Origin: Yuukianura sp. NJ FZ-2021
Lineage: Eukaryota
DNA: 64,000 bases
Direction of reading: 5' to 3'
NCBI GenBank assembly: GCA_046563655.1
Contig: CM102285.1
Coordinates: 10,106,001 to 10,170,000, forward strand
The notes below the pieces were generated by a model, which saw only the letters and a program-made list of their open reading frames with translations, searched no databases and had not been told where the DNA came from. Below, piece by piece: positions 57,246 to 64,000 of the stretch. The position numbers were made by a program, and so were the translations under genes. Within the stretch, counting starts at the first letter, position 1. Every line of letters begins with the position of its first letter.

Positions 57246-57549
57246 ATCTACTCCCTACTGCAGATCTTTTAATTGAAAGACACTCAAAATCGTTCTTCAA
57301 GCACAAAATGCAGTAGCGCTGCGGCAGCAACGATTCAACTTAGAAAATTCTCGATCGAAAGCGAGCGGAGAAGCGAAACTTTTTGCTGTTTTTGTTTCTC
57401 AAAATAATTCTTTGTGTTTAATTGTTTGTTTTCCAGGTTCCTAATGAAACTGTACATTGGATTCCATGGAAACGGAGTAAAAAAACGAATTTTATAGAGA
57501 AACGGCAGAAATGTCGGTTTGTAAAGAATAACATTGGTAGTTTTTAAAT

Positions 57550-58878
57550 TCAAGTATTTGTAATGACTCGGCTCTCCAAAATACTGGAAATGGTTTCAAC
57601 TAGAACTTTCTTAACCGGTGGGACTTTGTAAAACGATCGCTCTGCAGTTTGAATTTTGAGTGCGTACTGAATAAAAGTGCTTGACTCGTTCACATCAAGA
57701 CTTGAGGTGTTGAAGTAGACTTGTGCAGCAACCCATTCATAGTTTGCGATCATGGCTGTCACGATTTCCAAGGAGTTGAATAACTGGACACAGAAGTTGA
57801 GCAGAAATTCCAACAGCACGATTGGAAGACGCAACTGTCGGAATGGAATACGTAATAAATTAGACCTCGTATTTTCGAAATCTTTCAGAATTGAGATTAT
57901 AAGGAGAATTTTACCGCAAGGAAGACGATGTAGTAAATACAAATTGTGGGGAATAGGAACAGAGCTATAGTAAATCCGAATGAACCGAGGAACAATTCCG
58001 ACACAGACATTGTAACAGAATCGATTCGTTCTCTCAACGGATTCCACTTTCTGCCCATGATCAATCGTCCAAGTGACTTCAGCGTGTTAAGCTCGATGTA
58101 AAACAACCTGGAATAAAGTTCATCCTCAACTTGTAATCTCGGAAACAGAGAATGTTTCAAACTACACAAACCTAAAACTACACAAGTTTAAATAGGAAAC
58201 TTACCGTGTGGCGTAAATGTACAGGCAGTAAATATGGAAGGTGGTCAAGCTGAGTAAGTCTTTGGCCAGCGCTAGTTGAACAGTGACACCTAGGAAGCCG
58301 AGATGTACAACGCCAAAACAAAGGAACTTCAGTAATGGCTTCACCAGATCTAGAAAACGAAAATCCGTTAAATCATATTATGTCAAATAGAATTCCAGCG
58401 CTACTACAAATATCAAGAAAAGTAGTAAGTCAAAAAATGACTAACCCATGTAGCCTTCCCACAAATGCAAGTGATACGAGTAAAAGCTGTGGAAAAGCGT
58501 ATTGAGTTCAGCGTTTAACTTCAGTCCAGCTGGAGCTCCACTGAGCCAGTCCAGCACTTTTAGGAGGAATTGGAGAACAAACTTGCAGAAATCTTCGTAC
58601 ACTTCGTAACTTGGGATTAATGTCTTCAGATGAAGTGTAAGCAGAGTTCCAAGAAAAACATCCAGCATAATCAGCGCAATGACGTTGAACGAGAATATCC
58701 ATGTTGTATTGTTCCTGACAAGCTGCAAATAAAACAACATCATTTTAGTTTCAGCCGAAAAATTGAATTCACTTTTTGAAAATGATAATCAAGAAATTAC
58801 CTTGGACAGAATTCGGAGTCTGTTCAGTTGCCCGTCCAAAACTAAACTCCGACGGAGAACACTAGTTTTACTAAACAT
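57550..58878 (-). CDS. PIG-Q: Phosphatidylinositol N-acetylglucosaminyltransferase subunit Q (GPI1)
   Basis: WLSGAPAGLKLNAELN...YHLHLW, DLLSLTTFHIYCLYIYATR, SLGRLIMGRKWNPLRERIDS, LFLFPTICIYYIVF are Gpi1-family motifs. Five exons; start ATG 58878 inferred. Confidence 0.92.
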
Positions 58879-60101
58879 TATTTACAAAACAACGGTTGAA
58901 AACGAATAATGTTAATTTAACACTGTTAAAAGACAGAGCAGAGCATAAAAGATTCGAATCCGTCAAAACCAAACTTTTGATTTGTTTACTTATGATTTTT
59001 GAAACGAAAGCGGTAGCGCGTCCTCTCTTCGCTATTGAATGTTGCAAAGAATTTTAAATACCACCATCTGAAATTTTTAAATCAATTTGAGAGTTTGTTT
59101 TTAAAGTAGCAAAAACTTAAAAAATATGCTTTCAAAAACTAAAATGAAGTGAAATTCTTATGAATTCAAAATTTTAAGAATATGCTGACCATAGTCAACT
59201 TGTTTTACTTGTTCCTTTGTAATAGTAATTAAAAAAAAACATAATTCACTGTTTTGGTTTTTTCACTACTAATTCGTGCTCGTGCTGAGTCTACAACACT
59301 GGAGTCAATAAAAATAAAACTTAAAATAGAAATACATCTACCAAGTGAACTTAGAGTTTTAGAAACTGACTTGATCCGTTGTTAACAACGTTTCACTAAA
59401 ATTAGAAATAATCGTAAGGTTGTTAGTGATTTGATTCAACTAATACATATAACAGGGTGTGATGTGAACTTCCAGGAGGGGTACTTTTAGACAAAAGAGG
59501 CTAAACTTAAGGAGTACATAGTTATAAAAACAAATGACAGCGTGAACAGTTAGTTATTGGTCAATACCAACCACACCATAGCATTTTCCATTATAAAAAG
59601 TATTCAGTTTGTCATTGGGATCCACTTGAACTTGTTAGTTTACCTATTATATTGCAGCTCTTGCATCTATTATGACAAGTTAAGGCAGAAACATGAACTC
59701 CGTGACCTCGTGTCACTCTTGACCTTTGAAAGGGGTAAGAAAAATGGAAATATTTTGAGTGTTAGAAATGTAGAACTGTCCAGATCACAGGAAATGTTGT
59801 AAAATGCCTCACAATCCGTTGAAAGGTTAACTTAATACACCAAAACTTTTTGTTAAGTCTCTTGGCCCAGTATGGAAAGGAAACAATAACTCCAGTGATT
59901 ACTCTTCGAACGACGGTTTTAACTGTGGGAATTCTGTAAAAAGTAATGTTCCTAGGATTTACTTCGGCAACTAACACAAATCTTTCAGAAAAAAAAAACT
60001 AAAAAAAAAGTTCGTCACTTGTACATGCAGAGAAGTCTGCTAACAAATACAACGAATGAATGTTTTTCCGTTTTTGTTGAATGTTGAAATGCTGTTGAAA
60101 T

Positions 60102-62928
60102 TCACTTCAAGAACTGCTTGTACAGATATTCGCTTCTACGCGTTTCTCCTTCGGATTCTAGTAAAAACAGGACGTCCCTCATGCTTACTCGTTTTAATCT
60201 CGGCCTCATGGGTATCTGTTCAAAATAAAATAAGATTTGAATTTAAAAAAGCTCTGTTTGCAAATATTTCAAAAACAGGAAACACAGTTTCTTACATGAG
60301 GTCTGCTAGCGTTACTTAAAGCACCAAGCCCCACAACTGGATTCTGAAAACGTAAAAACCATTTAAATCTTGTCCTAACGAATTAGCAAAAATCGTTTTC
60401 ATCTACTAGAATCTGAAACTTACATGGGCAGTTGTACTTTGAGATCCCGAAGGTGTGTCTAACTTTGGTTTCTTTCTAGGCCCTATGGCTTGTAAGGCTG
60501 TAAGGTTGGCTTCCCTCTGTCGCAGTTCTTCCTGTTGTACTCGCTGCATCTGCAAAACGGAATAGAAAGTTTAACTTTAGTTTTGATTTGCTACAAAAAC
60601 CATTGGAAAACAACGCTTACTTCTTTGGCCTTCGCTTTTAGCTTAGCTTGTTCCGGATCCTCTGACTTGGATCTACTCTTGGCTGCTTTGATGAGCATTT
60701 CCCGCTCCTGTTCATCATGCCGTTTTCGTTCTAGTTTCTCAAGCTCTTCCAGAAATCGAAGTTGCCCCTTCACATCTTGCGTCACTTCGTAGCGTTCGTC
60801 CAGCTGAAACAGAACAACAAACTTAATAACCTAACTAACTGATCGTAAGATTTCCAGAATAATCTAAAAGTCTTACCTTTATCACATCCAGCCTGTGTTC
60901 AGCAATGAGGGCTAACTTTTCTATCATTGTCTTGATATGCTCTTCCGCTGCATGGGAGATCATGACAGCTACCTCGGGAGAGGGTTCTTCAAAACCATGA
61001 TTAGCGGCTGAAACACAAGTATTTTGGAAAATTAATTAACTAATAAGTGTTTGCATCATAAATCATCTAATTTCCGAAGCAATCTAGTACCTAAAAGCTT
61101 GATTTTTCCTTGTAGTGAGCTCCCTTTGATAAATGGTTCATCTTGGCAGGAACGAATTTGTGTGCCGATCAATTCAGTTGACCCGAGGATTCGCTGCGAC
61201 TCTTCAGCCAAGTTAACGCCACCCATGGCAGCGACATCGTTAATATCATCGTCACCACTACATCGGAAATGCATCAAATTAGTTTGAATTTACCATGTTC
61301 CAGAGTCATAAATCAGTCTACATTTACCCAAACGTTCCTCCTGAACCAAACGATTTCTTGTCTGCTTTTTCTTTGCCTTTAGAGCCCGGCCTGGCTAACG
61401 GAGATCCTTCACCTTTCTCCTTATCTGCTTTCACAGCTTTGGATTTGGGTGACGATTTTGGTGGCTGTTTACACAAAGACACAAAGAAACCATTACACAA
61501 ATTATGATAACTTGAGTGCACAAACACAAAGGTGAACTGGTACATATTAAAATATGCATGGAGAAAACTAGGGCGGTTTATACTTGTCTGTGCACATACC
61601 GCGGCAAATCTTTGTTGTACGGCAGTCACCGTGGATCTTGGAATGGGCGTTGTACTTGGTATCACCGGTGAAGCGGAGGGAAACACATTTGTAGACGTAT
61701 TGATTGGTGCTATGATTCGGACAGGAGCGGCAACTGGAACTTGAGGGCGTATCTTCGAAAAGTACAACAATTAATAATTTAACACAAACTTAACTTATAG
61801 TGATTAAACTTACTTGCGGTGTGATGATTGGTTGGGTAGGAGGCACTATCGTGGTTAAGGATGAAATTGGCGGCGGTCGTATTCCTTCAATCGTTAGCTC
61901 TTTGCTTGCCAGTGACTGTCGTAATGGTGGTAAGCTTTTCTGTTTTTAAAATAAAACGGATTACAAAATTTTGAAATTAAATGTTCACAATTTTCTAAAA
62001 CAAAACTTGCCTTTAGAAAGCCAACAAGGCACGGCTGTGGCTGGGAATTGACTTCTTTTTGTAACCGATCCGAAAAATCTTCCGCATTTACTTTTCCGTC
62101 TACTAAACCTTGGATGAGGCCGCGTACATTTCTGGCCACTGTCTGATTTTGCTTCATTGACAGTTCCAGAAGAAATGACAGAAAGTTTTTACATTTCTGC
62201 TTTGCAGTATCCGGTGTCATCTACAAAAATGCGGGTAGCAAGGAATTCATTAATCAACTTCATAAAACTGCCCATACCTCCCAAATATAAATTCTCTCAG
62301 TCAAACCAAAAAAAGGAATCATACAGAAAAAAAAAAAACTCGAATTTTCAGGATTTTGTCGAGAAATTATAGAAGACCCAGGTCGAATTTTTTCAAATGC
62401 TCACTCTTCCTCTCTTCAGTTTTCTACCATCAGTATCTCTCAGCTCTTTACACAAAAAAAGAAAGTCATTGATGAAAAGCTCATCGTCCGAATTTAAATT
62501 CGTCCAAAAATCCGAAAAAAGTCCGAATAGAAAATATAAATTCAGGATAAAAAGACATGCTAGTAGCAGCGGCCAGAACAAAACGTTAAGAAAAAGCGAG
62601 AGATACGGATGCCAGCATGGGAATGTCGGGGATGCGGATTTTGTTAGTAGTCTGAGACCGTTTTTGCTCATTTATGACATTACTGCGGAGAAATTCCAGA
62701 AATGGGGGTTCGTTTTAGTTTTCGTTTAAAATTTACTTTAAAATACTGGACTACCTGGCTAACAGTAGTAGCGGTAGCAGCGATTGCGGATGAGGCAGTG
62801 ATGGACGTGAGCACTGAGGAGGGAAGATGGCTGGACAGGGCTTGTGGATGTGGTGGCAGTACAACTGGATGCGGATGCATCTGCTGATGCTGCATTGACA
62901 TTGAAGCAGTCATCCCCACACCACTCGG
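60102..62928 (-). CDS. Taf4: TFIID subunit TAF4 (5'-incomplete in this model)
   Basis: TAFH domain ([16 protein letters not shown]...LNS-type [14 protein letters not shown]), [23 protein letters not shown], histone fold, [28 protein letters not shown]-terminal [12 protein letters not shown]...LYKQFLK*. Upstream exons not identified. Confidence 0.95.
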
Positions 62929-64000
62929 CTGGATATTTTATAATTTCCCATCCAAAAAATATAACAAATCACAGAAAACAAAAAAAAAATTGGTTTCAAA
63001 AATTATGTCTTTGAAAAGAACATTAAAAATCACATTCAATGTAAATCAAAAATTTTGACTTTTAAAAAATTCAGCATGCAGCCAACTTCACACGGCTTGC
63101 TTTTCATAATTGCAAGCAGTTTTCTCTCTACGCTCAATGTGCTTGGACACTTACAACAATTACTCAATTTCTGTAAAGTTAACATTTGAGTTCTTATTCA
63201 TTTCATTCGCTTTTTCAAAACGCGTTTTTTTTAAACGTTGTGCGCATTGACGTTGTTACTGCTCAAGTTTCTCTCACGCCTACTGCACATAAATAACACG
63301 CGGGAATAGCTGAAAACACTCAAGAAACCAAGTTTCGCTAACGATGATGCGCAAAATAATAAAAGTTATGCCCAAGAAGTTTAAAAATAAAAGATGACCC
63401 AACGCATGCACACATCTCAAACGAATGAAAATGAAAGTTTCCCCAAAAGTTAAATTTCAGTTTCATGCAATCTTGAAAGCCAAGACATTTTACATGCTCA
63501 GCTCAAAGGAAATTCACGGGACAGAGAGACAGGAAGGAAGTGTAGAGAGGCAAACAAATCAACAAAGTGCATGCAACAATGAAAGCAATATTCTAAACAA
63601 AAATATAGGAGCAAGGGAATGTGAACAAGGCATTGGAATTTCAAGTAAATTGTTTTTGGGGTGCTTTAAGTAAAAAAAGTAAATGAGGAAGTAGTCGGTA
63701 GTCCAGCCAAAAGAAGTTTTAAAAAGTATTACAGTAAAAGTAAGTAAAAGTTTTGTAAATAGGGTAGTCGAGAGAAAGAGAAGAGCATAAGAAAATATGG
63801 ACCTGGGTGATTCTAGTAGAGACACAAATGGATTTCAACTGTGAATCCAATGTCAAAATTTACCGAATTTGTTATTTGGTAAGTAAAGATCCGGTAAAAA
63901 TTCAAAAATTCAAAACAAATCAATCGTTTAGTACAAGCAATTCCCGCAAATCCTTGAAAACTAATTTTTTTTTTAAAAAAGCCAGAAAATTTCAAAATCC

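Overview
Gene-dense, AT-rich, intron-containing eukaryotic DNA from an arthropod. Pancrustacean/hexapod is supported by an Ets65A-type ETS gene and a gustatory-receptor-like gene; a springtail is a low-confidence guess. There are no prokaryotic, CRISPR or rRNA features. I reconstructed 15 protein-coding genes by reading splice sites. In order: a ~21 kb Ets65A/ERG-FLI1-type ETS factor with an internal alternative first exon (+); a gustatory-receptor-like 7TM gene (-); a tetraspanin (+); a voltage-gated Ca-channel alpha2delta subunit (+); a spliced gene built on a Tc1/mariner-type HTH domain (-); a secreted Gly/His-rich protein (+); an omega-class GST (+); a secreted Pro-rich tandem-repeat protein (+); two tandem M14A carboxypeptidases (+); a TSSK kinase (-); a centrin (+); a MYCBP/AMY-1-like protein (-); PIG-Q (-); and a 5'-incomplete TAF4 (-). 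The strongest hidden signal is a candidate programmed stop-codon readthrough cassette at the end of the ETS gene: UGA-C, an 8-nt spacer, a ~110-nt nested stem-loop and a 24-codon in-frame extension. Next are a probable domesticated transposase HTH + coiled-coil + acidic-tail transcription factor and a dense cluster of AGTGAAAGT (Blimp-1/IRF-type) sites across the ETS locus. All homology calls come from motif recognition, not database searches.
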